A stretch of 64,000 bases of DNA from Ptychomitrium polyphyllum (GCA_973851085.1 OZ316775.1:19158001-19222000); one strand, 5' to 3'. Positions 13,192-27,118 are shown, counted from the stretch's first letter. Program-made: numbers and translations. Notes: generated from the sequence alone by a model not told the origin.

Positions 13192-16148
13192 TTATGCTCG
13201 ATGGATTCCCAATACCCCACAATCAACCTCAAATTTCTAACAGCTAACTGGATTTTAGCCATGAACTAGAAAACTAGCCTGTGAGTAAATAATCATCAAG
13301 TGGACTGATCCCATGAATAGCATGTTTCCAGCTGAACTTTGCCAAGACACAGTCAATCAACAACCTCCAAATATCGGTATAACGCATATACCCATATCTC
13401 AGGCATGACTTCTTTTGATCTCTGATAGCGATTTCTCAAGAGACCAACTTCGTATTGTACGGTGCCTCTTGTTAAAGCCATTTTTAATTCTTCAACTTGC
13501 CTAAGAGTCACTAATGCACATAATAAAGAATTAAGTGTCCAAACCAAGATGAATCCATACCCCGGATTGTAGCAGCTGTGTAAGATGCCGTATTTGCTGT
13601 TCTCTTTCCTCCGCAAGACGCTCTTTCTCCAATTGTTTTCTTTCTGCTTCCTTCAATGCCACTGTTAGCTGCTCACACTGAGAGACAAGCGACTTGCATC
13701 TTGAACAGCAACCTGTACAGCATTCAGTGTGAAAAAATTACAATCAATATTCAAATCGTCAACAGTTCTGAGCAGGGTAAAACTCATACATTCTAAGAAA
13801 CAAAAAGGCACCTTGGAAAAGGTAGGAAGAAGCTGGAAATTTCAACTTCAAATTTATAAGAAAATCTTAAATCTCAAATCCAGCTGCAGGCAGAAATAAG
13901 ACTCCCACCAGGATCTTTGTCTCGATGTTCAACCGAAGAATTTTCCTCGGGCACCTCACGTGATCGCGCAGTTTTTGTTTCCTGAGGCACATCAGTGCTA
14001 CAGCTACCAATTTGGTCTCCTGTGTTCAAAGAGTCCACCCTCAAAGAATTCGCGCTACAGTCTTCGGTCCAATTTTCTAGACCAGACAGTGACTGAGCTG
14101 ACGCTTCAGATTCTCGTGAAAGTGAGGTATCCAGTGGAGCCCAACCGATTGTTCCCTGTCTGTTTCCGTTGGTTCCTTCCAGCAAACTTAGGGCATACTC
14201 CAGTAAATTCTCTTCATTGTGGTCCCACTCTTTCAAAGCATCAGACCCGGCCTTGCTCCCTACCATACTCCCTGTCTTACTCCCTACCTTGCTTCCTGCC
14301 TTACTCCCTACCTTGCTCCCTGCCTTGCTCCCTACTATGCTCCCAGCCTTGCTCCCTGCCTTACTCCCTACTATGCTCCCAGCCTTGCTCCCGACCTTGC
14401 TTTGAAATCTGCTGCTGTTACTTGGTGACCGTGACGGCCTGGAATCACATGGAGAGCTCCCCGACAGCATAGGAAGCTCAAGTAAATCATCCTCCCGGAT
14501 GTCATCCTCCAACTCCTCTTGGGATTCTAAAGCAGTGTGTCGTGGTGACTGTCCCTGCTTCAATTTTGAATACCCACTCCGTCCCTCCAAGACATCATTA
14601 AGACCACTCAAGCTTCCACTGTACCGCTCATGCCCATATGAGTTTGAGTTTGAATCATAACCGTCACGTTCATGTAACAAGGCCCCCATGAACCGAGCAT
14701 TACCATCAAAGCTTCCATTTCTCTCTCTGTAACTATCACTCAAGGGTTCTCCTGGACCGCATTGGGAATCTAGAATACTTCTTTGGTGAAGGCCCTCAGC
14801 CACCTGGTGCTCAAGGTTTGGGAGTATGCTTACCACTGCTGGAAGGACGGTAAGCGGAGTGGGATTCTCACTCTCTGGATGATGAGGAGTAGTGGTACCA
14901 GTAGTACCTTCTCCACCAAAAGGTGTTGATGCACCTGTTGTGCCAGCAGGAGAAATCATACGACCGAGAGGACTTCCTGGATACAACTGATACGCAACCT
15001 GCAAGTCATCTTGCTGATTTTGATCTTGCTGATAATAATCGGGGGAAGCAAACGGAGAAGCAGAGTAAGGTGGCTCCGGCTCCCGCTTCCCAGATACTGA
15101 TAATCTTTGCTCAGTGAATGATGATGCTAGCAGCTTGGCAAATGGAACGTCAGGGGAAGAAGGCCTGGTAAACTGAGCTGCGAGCTCTGGCGGAGGTGTA
15201 AAAGGAGCTGTTGAGGGAGCAGTAGTAAACGTGGAAAAAACTGGTGGAGAGACAAGTGCAGTTTCATGTGCGTAAGGACCCACAGTAAACATGTTCGACT
15301 GAGTTTCTAATGGAATTCTTGAGCCACCGCCCGGAGGAACAGGACAGGTTGGAGGATAGTAGGGCGACTGAGCAGAGGATGGCACCATAGAATTTTCATA
15401 AGAGGCTGGAGATGAAGGAGGGGCAAGTAGAAAGGCAAATTGGCCCTGCGGATCAGATGACTGTGAAATACCTATAGCCGGAGCTATCCGCTTCTTATTC
15501 TTGCGTGCTAGTGAACCAAGACAAAATGGCCCACTCCAACAGCATCCACCTCGTGCCATCTGCATCAATATCAGTTTGTGTTAGACCGTAAACATTGAAA
15601 AGATTCTACTCACAACCAAATGTAGAACTTCTTGTTCCCGGTGAGATATTCAGTTTTACTCCTGGATCGGGGTAGAAAGTACATTAGGAACATGTAATCA
15701 ACTGTGCACAACATGTCATCTTTCTGCCTACCTCTTTGATTGAAACAGCTGATGGACACGACGAAGTCAAGCTGCCAAGAGAACGAACAACTACAGTTTC
15801 ATATGTTTCAACGAACACAAGGACAGGATGATCACTATAATCACTTTCGATCTCATTTTTAAAAATGCGTTGTTCACAACGAACTGGATTGACAATGCCA
15901 ATGAAAACTGAACAAATTATGACAGACTAAAAACCAGCACTTGATTGTGATGAATGTGCAAAACTGCAAGAATGTCGAACAGTTTTAGGTGCCATGCTGC
16001 ATCCTCAGGTGCTCAAATCATCACAATGAGAAACTATGCATTATCTGGAATCCAGAAAGTACAAGAACCAGTAGGACAGGGCACGAAGAATCAACCTGAG
16101 AAGAGGTAGGAAGGCACCAACGTCTCCTCCTTCAGAAGCTCTTATCAT
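13192..16148 (-). CDS. At1g76660/At5g52430-like Pro/Ser-rich ('hydroxyproline-rich glycoprotein family') protein with an extended C-terminus, ~646 aa
   Basis: Family motifs GGCCWS..CLGS..KKRI, APPSSPASY, FTVGPYAHETALVSPPVFSTFTTAPSTAPFTPPPE, PSSPDVPFA and YQLYPGSPLG. Phase-consistent exons 16148-16096, 15771-15732, 15559-13909, 13712-13561 and (tentative) 13236-13192. Confidence 0.88.
14243..14404 (-). repeat. Coding 12-bp tandem repeat, ~13 units encoding GS(K/I/M)(A/V/T)
   Basis: The ORF reads SKVGSKAGSIVGSKAGSKAGSIVGSKAGSKVGSKAGSKVGSKTGSMVGSKAGS. Confidence 0.95.
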
Positions 16149-17310
16149 CGACGGCACAGCACCATAGTTCAGACATCCAGATGTTCCCTCAGACAATCAA
16201 CTATCAATTACAGACAGAGATCTCAGTCCCCTATCTGCCACATTTCACCAAAAATGTCGAATTCACTTCGTGATCACAACGGAGGAACACAAGCCGAAAG
16301 CAGAAAACAAGTGCTGGATCATTTCTCCTCTCCTCTCCTCACTCCAAACCAGTTGTTACAGTTTCAGGGCCAACCTACTCCAGCCGTCACATAGGAATGT
16401 GACTTTCTGATGTAAGGTGGCTCCTCTTCTACCGTGAAGACCTCAAAACTGCATGAATAGTCAAGCCATGGCACCTACAACATCCCCGATACGAAACATC
16501 TACCTCAAACTCCCAGATTAGATTCAAAATTTCCTCCAAATTTCACTTCGAGCTCTGTCCGAATCAGAATATGTGCAACCCCGTCACTCCCCCGTTCAGC
16601 CTCTACCAAGGACTACGCTCGAACCTCCTATCCGCCTGATTTTAAACTCAAGCCAAACAAACACATGAATAGAAGTACTCGCACAGTTCGACCGCGAAAC
16701 TAAACACCACACCACAATGCTGAGCCAAGCTGCCAGTTATATCCTCTTCCTCCGCACACCTGCTCTCCCTTCTCCGCCCCGGCCATCTTCCGCCTCACCT
16801 CCTCCCGTCTCCCACCCATGGCGCCTTCACGAGCTGCATCACCTCTCCTCCACCAGTTCTCCACCTAGGGTAAACCACAGCCCTGCCAATTTCTCCAAAC
16901 TCTGCAAATCCGCCAGCATTCGAGAACCAGGAACTCCTACTCTGCCCTCACCACGCGACCTAGTGTCCTCCATCCCCGGTATCCTCTCGCTTCATCTCCT
17001 CCACGATGAAACGCCGCTAGCCGCAAAACGCCACTCTGATTGAGCTCCGCGGCGACAATAATCCGGCGCACGAAAAGGAGAGCCTAGGGATTGATTATCC
17101 TACCAAGAAGCCATTTCCCTCTCGTGGTATCGCCGAAAGCCGGGCTCATTGATGAACACCTGCAGGGAAAAGGACACGCTGCCAGTCCGCCATACAAGGA
17201 ACTTCACTGCACAGAACTTCAACACCAGAGATAAAATAAAGAAAAACAACAACTCCGCTATGGCGTGCTCTACTAGTCTGTCACTGCTTGTGCTGCGTCG
17301 GCGTCGACAT

Positions 17311-17340
17311 CATCGTCGTCGTCGTCGTCGTCGTCGTCGT
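17311..17340. repeat. (CGT/GAC)n microsatellite in the GC-rich 5' region upstream of the At1g76660-like gene
   Basis: A run of about nine cgt units is read directly. Confidence 0.9.
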
Positions 17341-20199
17341 CCTCCCCACCCCGTCTCAACATCGTCTTCCGTTAGAGACGATAACCGTTCTGTACAAAAC
17401 ATGCCTCCCCTCATGTCATGCCCCCACAGTTCCGCTCCGAAATGTCGACACCGACAACGACCGATTTGGAGAAATCGATGACAATGACGACTGATCTGGA
17501 AACGACGATGACAGTTACAAGGATGTCGACCATTCTGGAAGGAATTTACCTCCTGATACCACGGATTGTCCTCCGTTTCTGACAGGTTTGAAAGACGTTG
17601 AACCTAGGACGTCAAACGATCGTTTGGAGACTGCTCGTCAGGCGTCAGAGTCGCGGTCAGGCGGAGTAAGTTTACCGCGCACGCGTCTTTCGTCCTGTCT
17701 TTTTTAATTTTTTGGCTTGATTCGCCAAATGAGGTAAGTCACTGAATCCATTGCGATTGGATTGGAAACAGTACTACCCCTGACGCGCCTTTCAATTCCT
17801 TCGAATCGTTCGACGATTGGGCATCGGTTGAGAGAATGTAAACAACATTCTGAAAGATTGAACACAGAATTGGAAGAGGTTCTTTCTCTTTCGAAGCCTC
17901 TAATCGGTGATTTGCTTCAGAGAGTTCGCAATCATGGAGCTCGTGAGCAGCAGGTGCTTGCCGTGGACGAGCAGGTGATGAGTTTTTGCGGATCACCTGT
18001 TGACTTCCATTGACGACCTCGATGCAGCTACGGGTACTCTAACTATTTCTTAACAATACAGTAGTAAGCGAATTGAATACAATAGTTTTTCTGGAGATCC
18101 GATCAGCCACCAAGTGTATTTTTCAGCTATGTTTAGCTGATTCGTTGTACCAAAAATTGGTGGCTAATTTGAAGAAAAGGTTTTTGAAACTATAAAAGGA
18201 AATAAGCAAATCTAAATGAAAAATTGACGTGTGTGGCCGAATTTTACCAAGATTTAATGTAAGTATAATAAGTATTATCAAGTATCATCCAAATATTATA
18301 CGAATAATAGGAAAAAATATGGCTATAAGTCATAAATTAAAGAAAAATAACAAAGGTAAATTATAAAATTTTCGAGTAGACTAATTAGAAAAATTGAAAC
18401 ATCCGTCATTGATCAGGTTGAATAGTATCATTTGACAAATAAAGCTTCTTAATGAAGAGACTTGAGAATTCAATACTTTATAACAACTCATGTTTGGTGT
18501 ATATTAATTTATAAATATATCTACTAATTATGTTAAGGATAAACAATAAATTAAATTAAAATGAATGAAGTATGTTGTAGATTGTTAAGACCCTTAATAT
18601 CAATATATTTGGTGATCATTTTGGATTGCTAACTTAAGAATTAGTTGGCATTAGATGATTACAATAGACACCAATTCGTTCTATTTAATTGCTTGATTTT
18701 TTTACACATGAGTTTCAAATATAAAGGTTTTTGGACCTTTCTTTAAACAATTGCAAATAGAACATGTTTGAAAAAGATATTAGACTTGCTTTACAATGCA
18801 ATATTATATTTCCTAAGATTTAAAGGTTTAATAGTTGTCATAATTCCCACTTGTTCATGCAGCATGAGAAATAAATGCAATAAGATGAATCAAAAGCAAA
18901 TCCTACTAAAGAATCATAATTGCCAAGGATCAACATGAGCTGCAAAACAAAACATGAATTTGCAAATTTCCAATCAATACCACCACCTCTGATTCATATG
19001 GAACCAATATTTGAAAATGTTACCATTACAAGCACATCTATAGAATTATTAGGTGTCAGATGGTGGTCTTTTCAGCACTGGTTCTACATGAATAGAAATT
19101 TACCATTTCAACAATCTGGCGTTAGCGTTAGCATTAGAGATGGTCCAGTGGCATCCTGCATCCACCACCTACTTTTTACTTTTTACTTTTTACTTTTTCC
19201 TTTTTCCTTTATCCTTTATCGGACAGGATTATCATCATTACCGTCGCCACCACTACTTATTACTGTACTTTATACTGAGCTGCAGTGCTGCACCAGCAGA
19301 AATGGTCCAGAAAAGAGATATCGGATACTTCCGGTGTATATTTCTGCATTTAAACAAAGGCAGAGAGGATCTGCCCTAGAGTAGATCCTTACACTTGGCC
19401 TGTGCTGTCTGCTTGCGGTGAAGAATCTGCATACATGTACTGTACATGCTTGACATACAACGTTCTACGGGAGATACGATGACTTTGCCTGTGCTGTGCT
19501 GTACTGTGCTGTGCTGGGCTAGAAATAGCGTGAGCTGCCCTTTGCCACCAAGAGGTGCAGGGTCATCAAGTGGTGTGTTTTGAGGGGAGTTCGCTGCAGG
19601 GGAAGAAATTATAGCAGGAGTAGATGGATAGAACCTTAAAATGCATTGCTGTAAGTGGGCACCGCCGGCCCTATGCGGCGCACTGTAGACATGAAGAATA
19701 GTTTAATGGATCCTCATGCCAGGCTTGCCGTCTTTTGCAGTGTTGTGATCCACCTCCACCACAGCATATGGGAACTTTTGGTTTCCAAGAATCAAGGGAA
19801 ATACTGTATGCGAAACGGGGATCTAGTCATAGTTTTGGCGCTGGGAATATCATGGTGAGCAGGCCCATATCCTACACGTTCAGGACTTCGCCTATTTATG
19901 AGTTCTGTATAAACTTTTTTTAATTACTTTTTGGGTCGACGCTGAGGTTTGGAGGCAGGTGCAAGTTAAACCATAGTTTTAGATAGGATTTGAGTTACTT
20001 ATGAGTTTTTTAAGAATGTTCGTTCAGAAGTCTATAAATCGATCCCACGTAGGTTGATGCATTGCCCACCTGATTAGTGACTATTGTCGTAAACACCACT
20101 TAATGTGTACAATCAGCTGTGTTTCTTTCAAAAAATTAGTGTGTAGCAAGTCCAAAATAGGATTTATACTGCATCTACACTTTTTTAGTGAATTGGTGG

Positions 20200-23100
20200 C
20201 TGATGGCTTTGAATTTAGCTATCACTGCCATTAGCCAAATTACACTGGTAAAGCTATAACAATATAGTCAATGGAATGTTTTTTCCTAAAATTTTGCATT
20301 TTAATGATTCATTTTTAAAGCCCAAATTTGATAAAAATAGTGTTCCATGTCAATTACATCATTTTTATAAAGAAAAAGTATAAAATTCATCTTTCTCTCA
20401 ATTACCATCATTGTATAAATTTGTTTGCATCTGATTTCAAGCTCATTACTACCATTAATTCAACCATTTTGCACCTCATTTTGGTTTTGATGGTTATGAA
20501 ACATGCTTTTGATAGTTTCAAATGTTTTAATTTTGTGGTTATGAAAAAAAGAATAAATGAACTTGTTTATCATGCTATTTTAATAAGATGAATTCTTTGG
20601 AAGCTTTTATAGATTTTATAAACTTATTTCTTTTATAAAAGCATCCCTATTAAGATTTCCAAATCCATCTAGATTTATCCAATATTATTTATAATAATTT
20701 CAAATAAATGGTGCAAATAGACCTTCATTTTGGAATCTGGTTTTTTTTTATACTTAATACCTTGAATTCCAATGGAGAATGAAGACTATGACCATTTTGT
20801 AACAAAATCATTTTAAATCGAGCACTTTCTACTAGAAAATGATTATGAATTGATTTTAATCCATCTATTTAATATAAGTTTGAATAGGAGTATCATTTAA
20901 ATATTAATAATATTAATATTAAATAATATTAATAAATTATTTTTTTGTAAATTTCTCTTCCATTCTAATAAAATTAAAAAAGGTTTCAAAAATTCAAAAT
21001 TAAATGGATTCATACCATTCAAAGTTAACATTATTTTAAAGGTATATAAAAGAAATTTTTTAAAGCCTAAAACATCATTATTCATGTTCTTATGTAGGAT
21101 TCTTAGAAATTATATAGAAATTATATTACTTACTTCATTATATAGAAATTACAACAACTAGCACCTATATTTTGCTTAGTGCAAATCCAACAATATAGTA
21201 CTAATATTCCTCATCAATAAAAATTTCTTGCTTTTTATACTCTAGTATATTGAATCTAAATATAAACCACATGTTAGATGTCACAATTAATAAAATATAT
21301 TAAAATGTGATATTAAATTCTTAAATGAATTACAAACCAACTTGTATTTGACTAAAAAGCTACAAGTAAGTTCTTAGTTTAAAAGCATTTCCAAACAACT
21401 CAATTTGATGGCCATACATTTATAATATGTTTTGTTTAAAGGCTTCTTATACTTAAATGTACACTTGTTTTCAGTGAAATATAAATTCTACAACTGTATT
21501 TATTATAAAAGCCATCATCATTGTGTTGTCATATTTTGAAATTTGGCAAATTTTTTAAATACCTTCTTGTTACACTTGAATATATTTTTACTCCTATAAT
21601 AACTAGAAATAAATTTATGCAACAAAAACTCCAATTATTATTAATTCAAAAATATCATAATGTAATTGAAAGATATAGTAAATGAAAAAGAAATTGTAAA
21701 AGAAATCAAAACATAATTTACATATGATTTAGAAGTACTATGACATTATTTAATAATAACATTCATGAAAGAAAAATTTATAAAAAATAGATCAATAAAC
21801 TTTGTTTTTTTTATAAAGTATTTATTATTTATTGTAACAAGTAGAAATACATTTTTTTAAAATGTTGCTATGATTTGAACGTGTCAAATAAATGCTATAA
21901 GATTCACTTATATAATTAACCACCAATTCTTTAAATACTTCTCAAAGTTTGTTTACATGATCACCATATCTATTGTTATGCTTTATTCCTTGAATATAAT
22001 ATATCCTTTCATTAAATTCTTTTTTTTGTGTGTTAAACCTAACTATCTTGTACTTTAGCTTTTAAAATATGCATAATTTTACTAAAGCCATGGCCATATA
22101 CTTCAATAAAATATAATTCAAAATTTTATTTTAATTGCAAATAAATTTATAATATAGCTAATATATTTCAATTAAAAAAAAAGTCCTCACCTTATAATTT
22201 TTTTTGTATTTCATATAGATTCATTTATGCTATCCAAGTCAAATCCTATAATATTTTGATTGGCATGTTTACAATTAAAAAAAACTGTTGGACAAAAAAA
22301 TTATTTGATTAAAAACTAAGTAAAACCAATTTTGATCAATACCTTGTTGTTTAAAGGTTAAAATACCAACACATTCATCATATATTTCTTAAGTCTTTTT
22401 TAATTTTTTTACATGCAAATGCCATTTTTGTTATTATGCTTCTATCACTAAACTACCCTCAACATTTTTGTTGTAGCTTCTTAAAATGCTACAATCAATG
22501 TCATCATTTGAATTTGTTCAATTGCTTTTATAAATGAATTTTTTTGATAAATGATTAAAAAATATTTAATCATCCTTTCATTTCTATTTTTAATAATAAT
22601 AAAATACTAGAATAATTTATCAAATTATGGAAGCATAAATATATTACATTTCTAAAGCTTGTGTTAAAATATACATATTTATACTAAACAAATAAATTTT
22701 ATTGAATATCTTTAACAATATTTGTTTATTGCTAATATGTAAAGTCTAAGTGTCTAATCCTTCCTTTCTTATTCTTCAAGCATCTCTTGACCTTGATGTT
22801 CTTATATTCATAGTTCTTTGAGCTGAATATAATGTTCTTAAAAATACCTTGTCCATTTATTGATGTTATATACAATAATTGATACAAGCCTAAAATTGAT
22901 TTCTTCTAGAATAAATTTACTTCCCTTTGAAATTAATGGTACAAACATGAAAACAAGATCTTGACTTGAATGTTAGTTCTTCGTATTTAATTTAAAAAAT
23001 AACATATAAAAATTAACATACTCATCAAAAGACTTCTTGTATCTATTATATAGTTGACTCATTACAATCATTTAAGGGCATCTCAAATTCATTTTCTGAA

Positions 23101-23793
23101 TTATTGTACCAAATAATTCCTTTTAATTTTAATTTTTTTAAAATTTTAATTTTTTTTTTCAAAAACACACTCTAGTTCATTCTTCAGCTTAGTACATCTT
23201 CCTCCTTAATAAATGCAATTAATCACCTTACTTTTTTCTTCTAATTTTGACTTAATATTCCTCCACTGTTTTGAAATATCCTACTTTCATTTATTCCTCT
23301 AGCTTGAGCAAGTTCAATCTTTTATTTAAATGATTTTTACTTAAAAAGTTTGAACCATTATCGTTTGACTTATTTATAATATTTTAATATGACAATTTTA
23401 GCATTCGATTTCTATTAATGTGTTATGATTTTTTATAAGTGTGTTATAATATCTAAATTGTGTGCAGAGGACCACACCAGTTGAGAGTTTTTCTCCCTTT
23501 GATGAACCACATTTAATAGACTTTCTCATGGATTTAATCACATCTTTGTGTGCAGCTTGTAGTTGAGATGATTCACAGCTGAGAAAGCACCTCAAAATCT
23601 TTGAAGGACCACACGAGCAACCATCCCCTTCCTCTGAACTTTTACTTTTATAAAAGTGTACTCAATGTCTAGGACCCCTTTCCGGACCATTTAAAGAAAA
23701 GTCCAACCACTAAACCCGGCATGGAAAAACTGAATCACTGGTCCGGACTGTTGTAGGGACTGAACGGATATGGGGCTCCAACGTTAAGGCCTG
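20200..23793 (-). mobile_element. Probable heavily decayed hAT DNA transposon
   Basis: Very AT-rich block. Minus-strand remnants KIMLTLNGMNPFNFEFLKPFLILLEWKR (~20950-21040) resemble the hAT C-terminal dimerisation tail, and YDECVGILTFKQQGI (~22335-22385) resembles the DGAxxMxGxxxGV motif. Boundaries are approximate and no TSD was found. Confidence 0.45.
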
Positions 23794-24010
23794 TGTGACA
23801 AAGATACAAGTGTAAATAAGCTGGCTAATGTTGCACATGGATTCATCAGAAAGCTTTCAGCTCTATGCAACGGCATTGGCTGCCTACTGAATGATGCTGA
23901 TGATGGTTGATGCTGTCAAGCGTTGCAGACCTAGTCCAGTGAAGTAGGCTCAAAGTAGGGACAAAGTGAATTAGGATGCATTTGAGTGTGGGACCGATGT
24001 TATTCGCTAT

Positions 24011-24560
24011 GTGTCTCTGGTTCTCATAAAATCTGCTGCAAAATGCCCCCACAAACTCCTTGCCATCTGGTATGCTGTGAGCTACAATTACACCCAAGGT
24101 CCACTCGATCAGGAGCAGATTGCAGAGGCACAGGCAGACCAGCTTGCTGCGACGTTCCGAAGCAATCGAGTGGATGTGTATGCGGTTGCTGGAATCCATC
24201 GCAATATTACCATTCCCATGGTTGGATCCATCTAGCCTCCATCATCGGATCCGTAACCAAGGTTTTCGTGACCATGGGCGACTAAGTTGCCGCCCAATTT
24301 CTTGGTTACCGTATGATGCCTGCCAGCCTACCTTCCATAAAGTGATGAATCACTTGTCAGGATTAACTCCAGACATTGCGTAGAGGGAGACGAGGAAGCG
24401 CTTCTGCAAACCATTGCCAAAATGGAGTTTGCTGTGCCACCACGGGGAGCCTCTATTCTGCCCATCTACTCCAACATGGGCATCTCCATCTTAGCTCAGG
24501 TTGATGGTGTTGCGCAGCTCCAGCATTGCTGTCTATGTTCTCGTCCACCCTGGTGCTCAA
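24011..24560 (+). pseudogene. Serine beta-lactamase/PBP-like (LACTB-like) pseudogene fragment
   Basis: The family motifs occur in the right order but in three frames: IGSVTKVF (SxxK, 24244-24267), VMNHLSGL (LxHxSG, ~24342-24365) and PIYSNMGISILAQV (YxN, ~24461-24502). Stops lie between them. Confidence 0.7.
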
Positions 24561-25128
24561 AATTCGAGCCCAGAATACCTTCTGAGCTTATCTGGGGCTT
24601 GATTGCTGGTCTTAGTATCTGAGCTCGAGTGCAGACACACGACAGCACAACTACCCTGGATCATTCGACCTGTTAAGGAACAGTGCGATCCTTCCAAAGG
24701 ATTACTTCGATGGCCATCCCTAGGTGCCGTTTCCCGTACTAAGTTCAACTAAATCTGTTCGGATTTACCGACTGCGTTACAACCCCTCCTGTTATGGTAG
24801 ATTGTCTAAATACTCACCAATATCGGGCAGCACAAATCCCGGCGTTGTCGACCGATACTAGAAAGCATAGGACCATGACTCAGTATTGCAGATTATGCAG
24901 AATGAGTAGCATTAAAGCACAGTCTCCGCCTTTTCAGCGATGAACTCTCAAACTCGGGTATTGTTACCAATGTAATTTGGAATAAGGTCACAATGACTTG
25001 CGGATCTGCAAGAATATTAGCCTCCCTTCACAACTCGCCAGGCTTCTGTCACAATACCGTAGCTAATACATTTTCTTCAGAACAAATCCATGCTATATTG
25101 TCAGCTGAAATACAGGCTTTCAATTAAA

Positions 25129-27118
25129 CTATGTTTTGTACAAATACTTGGAAGGACCAACCAAGAAACTCACGATCTCCTCAACCACCCGATCGACCTC
25201 CTTCGAGGGTTTGTTGAACTCCAATGTGTTAGTGCAATCGACAACGAAGACGGGGCGACCTCGAATTACTGCTGGCGTCTTTGAACTGGAGCCAAAATAT
25301 CCCTCCTGTGACTTCCCACTCCAATTTCCTGCAATGGCATATGCGTCATTTGCATGAACATCTGACAAACCTGTTTTACATAGTCTCCTCACATAACCTG
25401 TGAGTGAGTGACAAATCTATTAATGAAAAATTCTAGCTGCATAAACCAAGGATGTCCTTCAATTGGAAATTCCGACAACCCTGAGAACAGACCATCGAAG
25501 ATAAACGGACTACTCGGAGCATTTACCGGCATTGTTCAAAGCACTCTCTATGAACCACTTTTCATGCTTGGAGTGAAGTGACTGAAGATACTCCAGGCTG
25601 ACCTCTGCTTCTTCCGACCGTGCTCTGCAGAAACCATTCATACATGTACGTACTTCTGAGATACCCGTTGTACATACGAACAAACGTCTAAAGACACTGC
25701 TTGCTAGTGAAATTTGTACTAAGAAGCAGCACATAGAAGAGATTAATATTAGGTGAATCAGCCGACCTAACTATCTGCTGATGCTCTTCCACCCCATTTA
25801 GTTATTTAAAAAAAATCAGCAATGTAAGAAACAAATTTAGGATTTTGGTAAGGATGATTAGCCGACTGTGTTGATTATCTGTTCCACCGTTCTGCCTATT
25901 ACAGAAGTAGCCCATTTATCGGTTATGCCACATGACCGTGCTTACCGTGATTTTAAACGTTCATAGCACACGTTTGGATCAGCTCGCAGATACACAAAAG
26001 CATCAGGCACCTGCCACAGATAAGTCAAGATTATTATGATAATCTACAACACTTCATTTTCAGACTTCACAATATGCATGCTGGACAGATGAAGTAGTTT
26101 GCATATCCTCGACATGAATTTACATTTAGATCTTGAACAATGAAATGAGGACTGAATAGCTCAGAAGCAAATAGCTCCTTGTAAGCTAGGCTACACGTAC
26201 CACATTTGGAAGTGTAGTTACAACGCCATCGTACCAAGCATCATAAGCAGCGGCTTCAAGGGTACTAAAATACCCTTGCTCCATAGCAGTCTCCACGAAT
26301 ACACAACGGTCAGTTAAGACAGATCGCTCCATCAGCAGCAGAGCTGCTTTCGATTGAGACACAGCTGCATTTTGCTGCAAGAACCTGGTTGTAAACACAA
26401 AACTCTGAAACAGATAGGCATACCTGTAGTAACCACGCAGATTTGTAAGTCACACTTGCAAATTCAAAGAAAACAATACGTTCAAAGCAAGTATATCTAT
26501 TCAAGTAAATGTCACGTTGCTGCAAATTTTGATACTTCAGAAACAAAGCAGGTAAGAAGAAAGACCTTTGAGGGTTCTTATAGAAAGACTCCAACATGTT
26601 GAGGCCCGTCCCCTTGACATTCTGCCACTCCCAAATAGGCTCCTGCAGTATTTCTGTAACTCTGTAGGTGACAAGTTCAGAAAATAAAAGACAATTATCA
26701 AAGTTGTAAGAATTAGCATAATACAATGACCTTGAGCATGCCAGTACGCGAGCAAAACAGAGGATGGGAAGGCTTACTGTTGCAGACGCGGATGTGACTG
26801 TAGCAACCGCAGAATAGAGGATTTCCCAACCCCGATGTTACCCTCGAAAGAAATACGTGCGGGTTTCGAGGCCCTTGACGAAAAATCCCCACTTTCGATG
26901 CCCTCTGCGTCATTAATTCCTGATCCAGGTATCTTGACTGGAAAATGATCCAAGTATTGCTCAGGCGTTCCGACTTCATCTTCTGGTTGCTTGAATGCGT
27001 CATCGTGAACTTGAGTACCTGCATCTATGAAAGGTGCGAACTGAAGCTGCGGTTCGGCACTCGGCAGTTGGGTCTGATTCGCAACGATATCCATGTATGG
27101 TTTCAATGAAACTGCCAT
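25129..27118 (-). CDS. Deoxynucleoside kinase (dNK/dCK-dGK family), divergent; true N-terminus may lie upstream (e.g. ORF 28006-28557)
   Basis: P-loop ISFEGNIGVGKSS, EPIWEW, FYKNPQRYAYLFQ, MERSVLTDRCVF, PDAFVYLRADPNVCYERLKSRARSEE and SLEYLQSLHSKHEKW. Phase-consistent exons 27118-26778, 26661-26566, 26423-26201, 26010-25946, 25624-25527 and 25397-25129. Confidence 0.92.

Noticed and set aside
13960..14472. Plus-strand ORFs with PALL/PCSL repeats
   Set aside because: They are antisense readings of the GSKx coding repeat.
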